Origin: Heterodontus francisci
Taxonomy: Eukaryota
NCBI RefSeq assembly: GCF_036365525.1
Contig: NC_090376.1
Coordinates: 71,014,964-71,078,963 of the forward strand
DNA: 64,000 bases
Direction: 5' to 3'
This document shows, piece by piece, positions 12,622 through 24,913 of this stretch. The notes under the pieces were generated by a model. The model searched no databases. It was not told the DNA's origin and worked only from the letters and a program-made list of their open reading frames with translations. A program made the translations under genes and the position numbers. Numbering within the stretch: the first letter of the stretch is position 1; the number at the start of each line of letters is the position of its first letter.

Positions 12622-13789
12622 ATAATGTGCAGAGCATGGTCTCATTCAGCGAGTAGTATTCTTTGCAGCACTATGGAGATATGGCCTGGGAGTAAGACTA
12701 ATTGGAGAGCTCTTCCAAAGAGCTGGCATAGGCATGATGGCTGAATGGCCTACTTTTGTGCTGTATCATTCTACGATTCTATGATTCTGCTGCAGTATAA
12801 ATTGGGAGAATGGGAATCTCTTTCTGTATTTCCATAGTGCTAAAGAAAACCAAATCATGAGGATACATTTTTCGGTCCAAAAGCATTTCATAGACTTGCA
12901 GGTTGATAGGTAAATTGGCCATTGTAAATTACCCCTGGTGCAGGTAGGTGGTAGGAGAATTGAGGGAAGGTGGGGATATGGGATTAATGTAGGATTAGTA
13001 TAAATGGGTGGTTGATGATCGGCACAGACTCGGTGGGCCGAAGGGCCTGTTTCAGTGCTGTATCTCTCTATGACTCTATTGAGGAGAGATCAGGAGGATA
13101 AAGACATACTGGTGAAATGGGCTAATGAAATTTAATGCAGAGAAGTGTGAAAAAGCAGTTACTTTGTAGACAAACCAAATGGCTGATACCATGTTTGTGA
13201 AGAGAAACATCTTAATAACAATACCATCTGGAAAGGACAAAACCTTTTACCACCTTGATGTCTATGAACCAATCTACAGCAGTTGATATAGCTCAGATAC
13301 TGAAAGCCACTATTGATTCACCTTCCACCACCCTTTCAGGTAGTACATTCCAGATCACCACAACTCACTGTGTTAAAAAATGATTTCTCATGTCTCTAGT
13401 TTTTTTGCCTATTACCTTAAATCTGTGTTCCCTGGTTACTGACTCTTCTACCACTTGGAAACCCAGGCAGGAGTGATGTGGTCGATAAGTGCAGTTCCTT
13501 TTGAGAGTGAACATACCCTTTGAAATGCTTTTGGACCTAAAAATGTATCCTCATGATTTGGTTTTCTTTAGCGCTATGGAAATACAGAAAGAGATTCCCA
13601 TTCTCCCAATTTATACTGCAGCAGAATTGTAGAATCATAGAATGATACAGCACAAAAGTAGGCCATTCAGCCATCATGCCTATGCCAGCTCCTTGGAAGA
13701 GCTCTCCAATTAGTCTTACTCCCAGGCCATATCTCCATAGTGCTGCAAAGAATACTACTCGCTGAATGAGACCATGCTCTGCACATTAT
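12622..13789. repeat. Long inverted repeat: arms 12622-12890 and 13521-13789 (269 bp each), 630-bp spacer
   Basis: Manual alignment of arm 1 with the reverse complement of arm 2 gives 6 mismatches and no indels. Confidence 0.95.
12891..13078 (+). mobile_element. 5'-truncated HE1-type SINE (3' half)
   Basis: Matches the 3' half of the full SINE at 63298-63657. Ends GGTGGGCCGAAGGGCCTGTTTCAGTGCTGTATCTCTCTATGACTCTA. Confidence 0.85.
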
Positions 13790-14270
13790 GTTGGTGAATG
13801 CTGGGAGCAGTCATGATGCTTTTATTCTGCATCAGTTCACTGTTCCCTCAATATTTGAGCTAACACATCAAAACAGAGGGTGGCCGTTGGGTGACAAGGC
13901 CAATCCACTTAACATCTGGCACATGACTCCACTCTGCAACCCAACCACACATGGCCAGCATGTGGACTGAGAGAGCCATGCTGCCACACAAAACATCATG
14001 GAGCAGATCATTGGAGTGCTGAAGCAACAGTTCTGCTGTCAGTTCTGCTCTGGACAAGCCCTAAAATACTCACCAGAGCTTGTGCCCAGATTTATGGAGG
14101 TCTGCTGTATCCTCCACAACCTGGCCATTATGAGAGCACAGCCCTTGCCACCAGGGATAAAAGCAGTTCTGGAGAAGTAGGTAAAGGGAGTGGAGGAGAA
14201 GAAGCAGGAGGAAGGGAGGAGGCAACTAGCACATTTTCTTTCTGGCCAGGCTGTCCATGATCACCTCGTT
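13760..14270 (+). pseudogene. Harbinger transposase C-terminal remnant
   Basis: GSSHDAFIL, GWPLGDKANPL, EQIIGVLKQQF and VCCILHNLAI. Confidence 0.85.
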
Positions 14271-14379
14271 CGATGTGGACTTGTTGGGCTGAATGGCCTC
14301 CTTCTGTGCCATTGTAATTCTATGACTACAGTTCCACTGTTGTACAATCCCCATTGTACAACAGTCACACACCTTACTA

Positions 14380-15800
14380 TCCTTCCCTTACAGACCACCA
14401 CTGCTGCAGCAGTTTGTGCTGGATGGCTGACAGGCAACAGCAGGGGCACTGGTGGAGTGGCAGTGGTGGGAGCACAAATGCTGTCATCCTGAGAGAGGAC
14501 AGCAGCTTCATGCTCCATGGAGCCACTGTTCCTCCCCCAGTGTGGCAGTCATGATGACAGCAATCTGAGCCTACATGGCAACGAGCTGTGCTTTCATGGC
14601 AGCAAGCTGAGATTTCAGGACCTCAGTCTGTGCTTCCACTGCAGCACTGAGACATTGGGTGGAATTTTATGCTCTCCCCCACAGCAAATGTGGAGACAGA
14701 GAGAGCATAAAATAAGGTGGGATGGTGGCGGGTGGGGGGTTGGGGTCCCCGCCACCATCCCGCCTCCACCAAAATTTAGTCCAGGCCGGGAAGGCCTGTG
14801 AACGGTCTTTCCACCCTGCCGCTAATTGAGGCCCTTAAATGGGTAATTCAGCCCCAATTAAGGGCCTCTTCCCGCCGCAGCCGCAATTATCTGTGCGGCG
14901 GGCGGCCCTGTTGCTGCATGGGAAGCATGGTACGTTAAACTGTGCAGGTTGCTTCCCAGCTGTGGGAGGTGGTTGTTCATTCAAAGGCACAGTGCCTGAA
15001 CAAGGGACCCAGCATCAGGAAGGGGGGGCCCACTGAGGGCCAACCCCCTGCCCTTGCTGCCAACTTCCCTTCCCCTTCCCCCCCCCCACCGGGACCCCCA
15101 CCCCGCAAGACCCCTCCCACCCTGACCTACCTTAAGCCTGGTTCCAGCGCCGCTCCTCAATGTCTGGTGGCTGCAGCAGCCACCACCGCCTGTGCAGTAG
15201 CGCTGCAGCTACCGGCTTCTGATTGGTTGGCAGCTCAACAAGGCTGGGACTTCTGGCAACTGGGTCCTAGATCCTATGGAAGGCCAGCCGTCCAGTTAAG
15301 TGCCTGATTGGCACTAAATTCGGCAGGCCTTCCATAGAAGAGGCAACGTGGAGATCTCGGCATCATTTTCCCCCAATATCAAGCCCCCCCTGCCGCAAGC
15401 ATAAAACTTCCCCCATTGGGTGGCTTCTGCTTGTGCTGCAATGGAAGCTGAGACATCAGCCATCAGGCACTGCATGATGTTTGGGTCAGCAAGTGTTCTT
15501 GTGGAGTTTGTCACCGCTCCATGCTGGAAAGGATGGGCTCCAGGCTCTGCACAAAGCCCTGTGCCAAGTTGGAGCCAGATTCCTCCATGTTCCTTGACAG
15601 TGACATCAGACTTTCTGGGCAGGCCTGCCAATGCACCAAGCACTTCTGTGTACATGCCCAACAACCTTTTCCTGTACACTGCCCCATCGAAGTCTTCATT
15701 TGAATCCTCTGTAGCAGTATTTGTTTGTGACCTTGTTGGCTGAAGAGCTGGAACCTGCGCTACCCTTTTCCCCTGCCTTGGCTGTATGCCACTTGTGCCC
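14380..15800 (-). pseudogene. Harbinger Myb-gene C-terminal remnant (same family as 23380-24913), split by a MITE
   Basis: YRKRLLGMYTEVLGALAGL and ADVSASIAAQAEATQ. The sequence is continuous once the MITE is removed. Confidence 0.7.
14657..15414. mobile_element. Harbinger-type MITE with a clean 3-bp TSD
   Basis: TIRs GGGTGGAATTTTATGC / GCATAAAACTTCCCCC (13/16). TSD ATT at 14654-14656 and 15415-15417. Confidence 0.85.
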
Positions 15801-16218
15801 GGTGACTCACCGAGATGAATTTTGTGCAGCCATCAAGGGCGGGTATGGTGGTGTGTGGGGATGGCAAATTGCAATGTAACCATCCACCTGGAGGTCCGGC
15901 TTCATGGCATCGGTTCTGGATTTTGTCAGTGGCAGGAAAGCACAATGGCGGCATTACTGCTGTAACATGATGGGAACCTATTTTAAATTGCTGAAATGCC
16001 AATTTACATGCATTAAAATATAATTAAAAATGATTTAATGATGGGTAAGTGATTCCATGAATGGGGGGCATCACTCACATGCTGCCAGATTAACGACTGG
16101 TAAAGCCTGGCAGCACAGAGGTGAGAGGACATATTGCTGTGACGGGTAGGCAGCCTGGAGCATTGCTGCATAGGGAAAGAGGGGGTGTTTAGATCTATTG
16201 ATCGACTGTATTGCTGTG

Positions 16219-16394
16219 GGCTTTACAGGGGCATCCGGGGTTCTGGAGGCTCTGCAGGGGGTTGTAGGATTCTGGGGGCTCTGCAGGAGGGTCTGGGGTT
16301 CTGGGGAATCTGCAGGACGGTCTGGGGGCTCCGCAGGGGGGTCCGGGAGGCTCTGCAGGGGGGGTCCAGGGTTCTGGGGGCTCTGCAGGGGGGG
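16219..16394. repeat. G-rich degenerate minisatellite, core TCTGG(G/A)GGCTCTGCAGGGG
   Basis: About six imperfect units of roughly 20-31 bp. Confidence 0.85.
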
Positions 16395-16939
16395 CTAAGT
16401 GTGGCTGTGCCTGGGGGGGTGTCTGTATAGGGATGGCTAAATGATGCATGATGGGTCTGTTTGCTCACACTGCTGGAACAGAGGTTGGGCCATCATCAAG
16501 GTTGGCCTCTGAGGTCCATCAGCGACTGCGCTGACAGAATTATCACATCCTAAGGTAGGAGGCCTGACAGGTTAAGCAATGCACGAAGGAGGCAAGAAAC
16601 AATCTCATAATGACTCGTTTAGAGAGTGAAATAAAGGTTCACCTTAATACATGAACTCTGCCACCTCTGTCCCATTTGTGGTCCCTGTCTTGCAAGCAGT
16701 TGCAGTACACACTCATGACCATGGGAGAATTTATGTTATTGAGTGCTCTCATCACATTGGCATGTTAATGAGGGCTGTGGTCTCATTGGCATAACCCTGG
16801 GGGAAGAGGGAGGTCAGCAGCTCACAATTAAGACATAATGACATATGGCTTTCAAATAATATGACCTAATGATTTGAACAAAGGATCTTTTAATTATTTA
16901 CCAAAAAACATAAATGCTACACCTGTGAGACCCAAAGTG

Positions 16940-18700
16940 TGGTTATGTGCTCTTAATACGTTTGCGGGTGCTCGACTGCAGTATGATCCCCACGGCAGCA
17001 GCTAGGCTGAAGGCAGGCTGCCCCTTGGCCTGTGATGACTTTTGTGGGTGTTCTCTGGCTGCCTGAGGCCTGGAAGGCCCCAGGTGCCCGGGGGTGACCT
17101 GGTCTGGTGCAGGACTCTCATCAGGTGCTGCGGCTGCTGGAGCTGGGCTCACTGACGGAGGGGCTGAGGAGCTGGTGGCCACATGGAGTACCCTGAGGGG
17201 AGGCCCCAGATGTGGATGGCAGCCTCTCCTCCTCCTTTTGAAGGCTCACTTGAGCCTCCCTGTTCCCCAGAGAAGGACCCAGGAGTTGGAGTAAGCTCTG
17301 GGCTCCTGTTCTTTCTCTCGCCTTGCCACTACTGCGTTGAGCTCATCGCCAAGGTGATGGTGTGCAGGTCTGCATGCATCTGTGGGATCTGGCTTTCCAT
17401 GAGGGTCACCAACCTTTTGATGGAGAAAGTCATGTGCTCATAGGTCTGAGACATGGCAGCACTCATGGCGTGGATGGACACCTCCATCATCCACTCATGA
17501 CTGTGCATGACCTTTGGCATCTCCGCCCGATGTTGCCTTATCTCTCTCTGCAATTCCAGCATGCCCTGGGCTGCCAACATCAGAGGCTCAACATCAGCCT
17601 GGGGTTCAACAAGGGCCTGGCCACCCACAGTCCTCCAACATTCGGAGGCCTAGGCTGTCTCACCTTCACCAGCTGCACGGGAATGTGTGTGGTGCACTCA
17701 CCATCTTGTGACCCTGATTCTAATACCGAACAGGTACCCACCGAGGTGAAAGTATCTGCACTAGTGGAGGATGCAAGAAAGTCATGGGATGGTGCATCTT
17801 CTGAGTGGTCCTCCTCCTCAGAGGTGGACGACTGTCCCCCTGTGGCTGCAGACCGCTGCGAATGGCAACCTGCATGAGAGAACACAAAGATATATGGGTT
17901 AGGCTGTGCAGATCTTCTAATGCCAACCATGCCTAATGTGGGTCTCCAACATTAATGCGCATGCCAACTGGAGTCAATCCTCACTCTCTTGCGCAGGGAT
18001 TCTAATCTTCCTGTCTGATATTGCATGGCCGCCCTGGGTGCCCACCAGCTCCAATGCCTCTTCCTCCGCAATGGTGAGAGAACACAGATGTGGGAGACCT
18101 CTGCCAGTCTGGGCCATCTCCCTCCTATTATGGGCCCTCTTGTCCTGCAAGAGGAAGGATGGAGATAGTTGAGAATAACAATTTTGCTCATGTCAGCCCC
18201 TTGTCCCCTACTGGAGGATCTGACTTATCTCATGCTGACACTCACTGTGAGGGAAGTTAAGAGGGGTGAGCTATGAAGGAAGGTGGCCTGTGGCCAAAAG
18301 GCAGCCATGCATCTGTTAGGAAGAGATAAAAACCTAGCCAATCAGCCAACACCACAGTGCTGCTACCTTTCCCATGTCACGCAACCTCTTGCGTTGTCAC
18401 ATGCAGTGTTCAGAAAGGCGAATGGTATCAAGCACTCACCTTGGCAGAACATAAGAGGTTGTTGACCCTCTTGCTGCACTGGCCCAAGTTGCGCTGGGCG
18501 ACCCCTTGGCTGCTGACCTCCTCTGCGATCTCCACCCAGATTTGTTTGGTCAGATGGGAGGACTTCTTCTTGCCATTGTGGAGGAAGAGAACCTCCCGCC
18601 TTTCCCTTGCAGCCTGGAGGAGAATCTGCAGGGAGGCATCACTGAACACTGTGGGGTCACCCTATGTCTTGCCACAGCCATCATCTTCTGCCCTCCTCGG
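16940..18700 (-). pseudogene. Harbinger Myb/SANT gene remnant (multi-exon)
   Basis: ORF 18428-18649 FSDASLQILLQAARERREVLF..TKQIWVEIAEEVSS..QCSKRVNNL. Donor AAG|GTGAGT at ~18440 and acceptor TTGCAG|GACAAG at ~18146. Confidence 0.8.
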
Positions 18701-19089
18701 GAAATGAAGGTACAGGAACCAGTCACACAGAGTTGTAGGCTGCACAAAGCTGACAATAAATCCAAGGCAGGAATGAATGCAGGGCTGGCATAAGGTGCCA
18801 GCACCTTCTCAGGAGTCATCTGAGGCTGTATTCAACGACTCTCCTCCTGCCCCCAACATGTGTTTGAGGGGCACCCGCAACTCCCCTGTGCAAAATTGCC
18901 ACCTGCCGCGTAATCGCGGTAGTGCAGCTGCCCACATGATGAATGCGAACAATAACCTTTTCCATGTCGACTCATTAAATTCAGCCCTTCGTGTGCAGAT
19001 CATGTCACTGTGCTATTCCCTAAAGTACATATAGTGCCAATATCTTAGGTGATGGCTGTGAATGTGAGATCAAGTGACAGGATTTTTTT

Positions 19090-19420
19090 TTCATCGGTGC
19101 CCTGCTCGTCTTGCACTTTTTGCTCATGCAGCACTGTCTGGTCCTGTGGCAGTTCTTGGATATCTGAAAGAAGAAAGGCACAAGGGTAAGGCTGGGGTGA
19201 GTGAAGTGAAGGAAAAGCAAGAGTTGCATGCTTGCATCATCTGCAGCTTGTAGTTCAGAAGGATGAGGAGAAAGTGGGATATATGGTGGATTAGGTAGGA
19301 ACATATTGTCATCTTCAATAACTTCAGTCCCACCACGTCCACAGCCTCAGTCATGGCTGCTCCAATGAGGGCCAATATCAAATCTATGGGGGTGAGATTG
19401 TGCAACTATGCATTCTAGCC
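19090..19420 (-). mobile_element. Fragment of a Harbinger Myb gene (exon/intron piece)
   Basis: The reverse complement aligns with 24010-24250, including TTTCAG|ATAT(C/G)CAAGAACTGCCAC. Confidence 0.55.
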
Positions 19421-20934
19421 CACTGGTTAGTTCCTGCTGCCTCCGGCTATGCGTCAACTTGTCCGGCAGTGAAGTGATTAATGACTTTAAACCCTTATAG
19501 GGATAAAACCAAATCAAGCGTACATCCCTATGAATCTCCTTTAAGTTCAAGCCAGACAAATTCTTATAGACACTTTTTTGGGTCCAAAGAATTGAACTAG
19601 TCTTCCCTCAAAGAAAGAAAACTAACAGAGAATATTATCATCTTTCGGATAGCCTATTTTTTAAATAATTATGACTAAGTCATAAATATCCCAGATATTA
19701 TAAGGGTCTGGGAAACTCTCTTCAATACTTATCTCTCCACTTAAAGAAACACAGAGAGAGGGTTCTTGTAGTTGTATACAGAATGCTACATGAGATGATT
19801 TATTAACTTTTATATATTTATTAAAGAATTGAACATACAAGTTTAACCTTGATAATGTTACAGGAAAATATCTTAGAATATCCATCAAAATTTAAAGTAA
19901 ACTTTTATCTTAAATTCCCCGAGTAAGCCATAGGTTGAGAAGCATTGACGAGGAATTCAATACTTCTAGTTTTTTACTTCAAAAACCCTCATTTATAAAC
20001 TGTTTCTAAACTATCATCTGACCTTTTAAGCCTAATTCAACTTTTTTCCCTGGGTCTTTATAGGTAGACCCCACATAGGCATCAGGAATCTATGGCCCCA
20101 ATAGTAACTTGGAAGCAGTGGAGAGAGGGGATCCAATATCATTTGGGAGACCCAGAAGGAACTTTAGCGTGTCTGTAATACTTTAATGTAGCCATCTCAT
20201 TATCATTGTACTTCTGGGTATGGTGTCTAGTGCACAGCAGTGGGCGTGATAAAGACCTGCATTTAAAGGGTCAATACAAAGATGGAATTTGAAGAAATTT
20301 GAAGTTGGAAACAAAAGAGGAATAACTTTGACAGTGGATTCAAAATGCTTAAAGGCTGCACCCCACTTCAATGACACCATCAAAACTTGTAGGATGTCGG
20401 CCAAGAGCATTTCAGTAGTCAGAGCCTCTACCTCTGCTGATGCCACAGAGGTTGCACCACGTAGCAGCAGTAGGAAAAGGAAGAGGGAAGTTATCTGGTT
20501 GTACAAGAGTATGAGTTATATATTGTTATACTATCTGTAAAGTACTATGAACTAATTAGCTAGGAACTGGTTGATATGTGTAAGTGTTCCAGTGGGGCCA
20601 CATTCACGGCTGCACTTGAAAGTCATAGGATGTAGAACAAAAAAACAGTCTGGTCAGCCCTACCAGGCAGCATGGTGGGCTGTATTAAACACAAAGAGCT
20701 CCAACCGTTCCAAGTCTAAAGTGTGGTTATTTCCAACATCTGGGAATCAGAAAACGACAAGAAGACGTAACAGGGTGACAGCGAGTGTCTGTGTGTAAAC
20801 CTAGAACATTTTAAAAGAATTAGATTGGGAAAATGGACCCAAATTAGAAAGAGAGAACGAATACCACACCAGAAATCTGCACATCATTACAGCAATGTAA
20901 TCCTGCAAGTTAATGCCTGATATCCATGAGCAGC

Positions 20935-22370
20935 TGCACATTTTCCTAGGTTGAGAGGGTTGTCCTATGAGGAGAGATTGAGTAGAATGGGATTATACTC
21001 CCTGGAGTTTAGAAGAATGAGAGGTGATCTCATTGAAACATAAAAGATACTAAGAGGGTGTCATGCAGGCTCCCACCTGCCAAGAATGAGGCACATATAT
21101 TTTGCCACAAGGGCATTAAATTTTAAAATTGTTGCTGGGAAGAAAAGAAGGCCTATTACAAGGGGTTGCCAAGCCCCTGACTGGAAATCCATTTGCATAG
21201 TAACAGACAGTACTTGGATAGGACAAAGGGGCCACTCCCTGCTCCAATTTAATCCACAATGGACTTTTGATTAACAGATGTTAAGGGTGGAGGAGCCCAC
21301 ATTTCCAGGTTTACTGCTAAGATGGCTGAATACACAAACGGATGTGGTCACACCAACCCCCCAGTCACATGACTAACTTGTTGAGCAAATTGAGTTTTTG
21401 AATTTGAACTTGCCACAGAGTTTTAAAACTCAGAAAGCTGTTTGCTCCTGGACTGGAAAAGACCTCTGTCCTGTCTGCTGTCATCTCGTTCTCACCAGCT
21501 TTGGAATCTATTGACGACATATGAACCCCAAGAGAGAAAAGTCTCCTACAGTGAATAAGGTTTAAGAAGAATACTGGGACCCAACGAAAAGCAAGATCTA
21601 CCTACAAGCAAGGACTACAGCGAGCTCAAAGCATAGTAACAAAAACCCCTCTTCAGAGATTGCCTCAAACCTCTTCACTACTTTTCTTTTGCTCTTTTCT
21701 GTCTCTATTTGCATGTGTGTATCACGTATACATGTTAGTGTGGGGCGCGGCGTGTATCTGTAGGTGTTAGCCGAATTAGAGTTTAAGTTTTAATAAATTT
21801 CACTTTTCTTCTTTAAACCTAAGCAGGCCTGTTTGTGCTCATTTCTTTGCCTTATAATTGGAAAACATTGAACAAGGATTCACCAAAGGGGAGCTCAAAA
21901 CACAGTGAGTTTAAACAAAACCCTGTTACAATAAGACCAGGTGAAGGCTAAAAGGGACCCCTAGACACTTTTCTCACCTGGTCGTAACAGGGCTTGACAG
22001 AGTAGATGCAGAGAGGCTGTTTCCCTTGGCTGGAGAGGCTAGAATTAGGGGGCACGGTCTCAGGAAAAGGGGTCAGCCATTTCTCCTCAAAAATGAAGAG
22101 AAATCTCTTCGCTTGGGCGGTTGTAAATCTTTGGAATTCCCTACCCCAGAGAGCTGTGGATGCTCAGTCATTATATTCAGTATATTCAAGCTGAGATTGC
22201 TAAATTTTTGGATTCCAAGGCAATCAAGGGATATGGAGATTATAGATGTATGGATATGGGAAAGTAGAGTTGAGGTCGAGGATCAGCCATGATCTTCTTT
22301 AATGATAGAGTAGGCTCGAGGGGCTGTATAGTCTATTCCTGCTCTGATTTTTTATGTTTGTTTGTTCTTA
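20935..22370 (+). mobile_element. CR1 3' fragment split by a solo LTR
   Basis: GLSYEERL..LYSLEFRRMRGDLIET before 21059; VVNLWNSLPQRAV and a 3' UTR after 21989. Confidence 0.85.
21059..21989 (+). mobile_element. Solo LTR (family A)
   Basis: Termini TGTCATG...CGTAACA, AATAAA at ~21793, GGG on both flanks. Second copy on the - strand from 62873 to the window end. Confidence 0.8.
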
Positions 22371-22532
22371 TATACCAACCTAAAATCTCAGGAAAAAACA
22401 AAGCTGACATAATCCCCAACAATTTCAAAATTCAAAATGTGTTTTTTTAAAGACAAATCTTAAGTTGTATGAAAAAAAGCTGTCATTGTTCTTTCTGTAT
22501 TATTTCAGCTAAATTTATACTTGTCTTTCTAG

Positions 22533-22756
22533 ATGCATAAGAACATCTTCACCAATGTTGTCTACGCCCTCCCTAGTTAGTTCAGCTGGATCTCATAGGA
22601 GCTGTTCCAGTAATAGTGGGTCATCCCCCTCCTCAACCATTAACATTCCACAGCGTATCCATCAGTTGGCTGCTAACCATGTCAACATCACCAACAGCAT
22701 TCTCTACAGTTACGACTACTGGGAAATGGCTGATAAGCTGACCAAGGAGAACAAAG
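22533..22756 (+). CDS. AFF3: AFF3-like penultimate coding exon (C-terminal homology domain), 224 nt
   Basis: Acceptor TCTTTCTAG| and donor AAAG|GTATAT. Encodes ..[37 protein letters not shown]. The AANHV and SYDYWEMAD motifs are AFF3-type within the AFF family. Confidence 0.92.
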
Positions 22757-24913
22757 GTATATATTTTGGCTTAGTTGGAGATGACGTATAGTAGATTGAT
22801 TGCTTTAACAGTGGCTTTTCTGCTTGCCAGTCTGAGGTTTTTATTCCAAAGTACATAATAATGAGATAACATTCACATATAAACAAAATGAGGTCCAGAA
22901 ACAGAATAATGTGAACATCAAATATGCAAACATGAGAACGATACAATACTTTTGACCTATCCTTCTCTGGCATTCCATAGATATCTATTTTGTGTCTCCA
23001 TTATGTTGGGAGTAGTTTTAAAAGAACACGCCAACCAAGCTCCATGTCGAGATTTAAATGCATAGAATTTACTAGTAATTTGAACAAGTTTGCCAAACCA
23101 CCTATGCATAGCTCGCCATTTTTCACCTTACAAATCTGTGGAAGCCTAAAGTAGTTTCTGGCAAGTTTGTCTAACCTTAGTTTCCATGTTAAAAGAATTG
23201 TTACGAACATTTTACATTCAAGATTTTTTTAATGTTTAATCAAAGTCTTATTGATGCGTCATCACAACAATATAAAATGATAAGAACTATCACAGTTAAG
23301 ATGGGAGCAGGGAGAGTATTGACAATAACACATGTTATAATGAATGGCAGTTGCATCAGATTAGGAGTGGAGACTTACTGCAATAAGCTTCAGGAACCTG
23401 TCACAGCAGGAGAAAGAAGGTAACCACTGGCTGCCTGAAGAAAACATTACTCCAGGAATTGGAAAGGAGAAGTGATACGATGTTTCCGCAGAGGGCCAGG
23501 AGTCCCTCAAAGCACACCCTAAGAAGGGAATGAGAGCAAGTGGCCAGGGAGGTCAATTCCTGGAGTCTGACCTCAAGGATCTGGCAGCAGTACTGGTAGA
23601 AGTTCAAAGACCTCACACAGGTGGTCAAGGTCAGTGAGTGCATCTACACATGACATACCCTACCCTCTGTATGACCAACCTCTCTCACTGCTCAATGCAC
23701 CACACTCCCATCACTCACCCATCAGCAATCTCTAGCAATCAGGACTCATGCCTAACATCCAGATACACCGCCTCATCCTTACACATCTACCAATGCTTCC
23801 AGCCTCACATTCACCTCTCACTGCTTCTACAGACCTCCAGCCATTCAGCTATGGCAGGCACAGCACCCAAACACATTGTAACACACTCACTGCCATTCTT
23901 CCCTCTCTTAGAGGTCAAGGTGACCCATAACCATAGGGAGCATCACAAAACCAGCAGGGGACAGGCAAGCCTGCATCACCTGAGGACTTTGGAGGAAATG
24001 TTACTCCGGATCACAGAGTTTGCTGTAACTGAGGTCATTGCATACAGCATCACTGAGAACATTCAGGATGGCAGTATGTTCCTGCCTTATGCCCCTTCTC
24101 AAATCCCACCTCACCTTCATGCCAGATAGCAGGATGAAGTGTAAGCTACAGATGGCATGGGCGTGGACCTCTTGTTTCCCATCCACCCTACTTCCCTCAT
24201 TCCAACTCTCCCCTTCTGCAGTTATGATTTCAGATATGCAAGAACTGCCACCTGGCCAGCCACTGCAGCCTCATGAGGAAGGGTGACAACTACACCTGAC
24301 CTCTCATGAAGAAGCACTGTCACATGATGTGACACTCACAGACACCAACTCAGATACTGGCACTGCATGTGCCTTAGAGGGTAGTATAGAATTGGGATTT
24401 GTACATGATGAGTCACCGGGCACCAGAGGGCTGCAGCCATGCCAGGGAAAGGATAGTTTGTGTGCCAGCTCAAAGGAGTGCAAGGTCACAGACGAGTGCC
24501 ACTGCAGAGCAGTCTGATGAGAAATTTGATGGAGCAGCCTACAGGAGAACGCTGATGGTCATGCACACTGAGATGCTTGGTGCATTGGCAGGCCTGCTGG
24601 ACAGCTTGTTGTCACTGTCGAGAAGCATGGAGGAGTCCAGCTCCAACCTGCCACAGGGATTTCTGCAGAGCTTGGCGCCCTTCCTTTCCATCATAGAAGT
24701 CGTGGCGAACTCCATAACAGCACTTGCGGACCCACCTGTGATGCAGCTCCTGGTGGCTGATGTCTCAGCTTCCATTGCAGCACAGGTAGAAGCTCCAATA
24801 TCTCAGTGCTGCAGTGGAAATTCAGATGAAGGTCAAGAGATCCATGCTTGCTGCTATGCAGACTCAGACTGCTACCGTCATGGCTGTGCAAAGGGCCATG
24901 CAGGTTCTCACAG

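Larger units (their letters stand above)
9095..13150 (+). mobile_element. Old CR1 LINE ORF2 remnant split by three later insertions
   Basis: Colinear pieces: EVLNEYFVSVFS (9186-9380), VDVVYMD (~9730), WVQNWL (~11440), QGSV..INDL..SKFADDTK (12506-12620) and MKFNAEKCE (~13125). Confidence 0.8.

Noticed and set aside
16185-16468. Pro-rich and Gly-rich ORFs, or a CRISPR-like array
   Set aside because: These are translations of a minisatellite. There are no unique spacers and the context is eukaryotic.
20183-20798. Short ORFs at 20183-20798 as extra exons or a retroelement gene
   Set aside because: I found no recognisable motif, and the flanking AFF exons already join in phase without them.
22757-22791. 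ORF-track extension [11 protein letters not shown]
   Set aside because: It is intronic read-through past the GT donor; AFF similarity continues at 29092.
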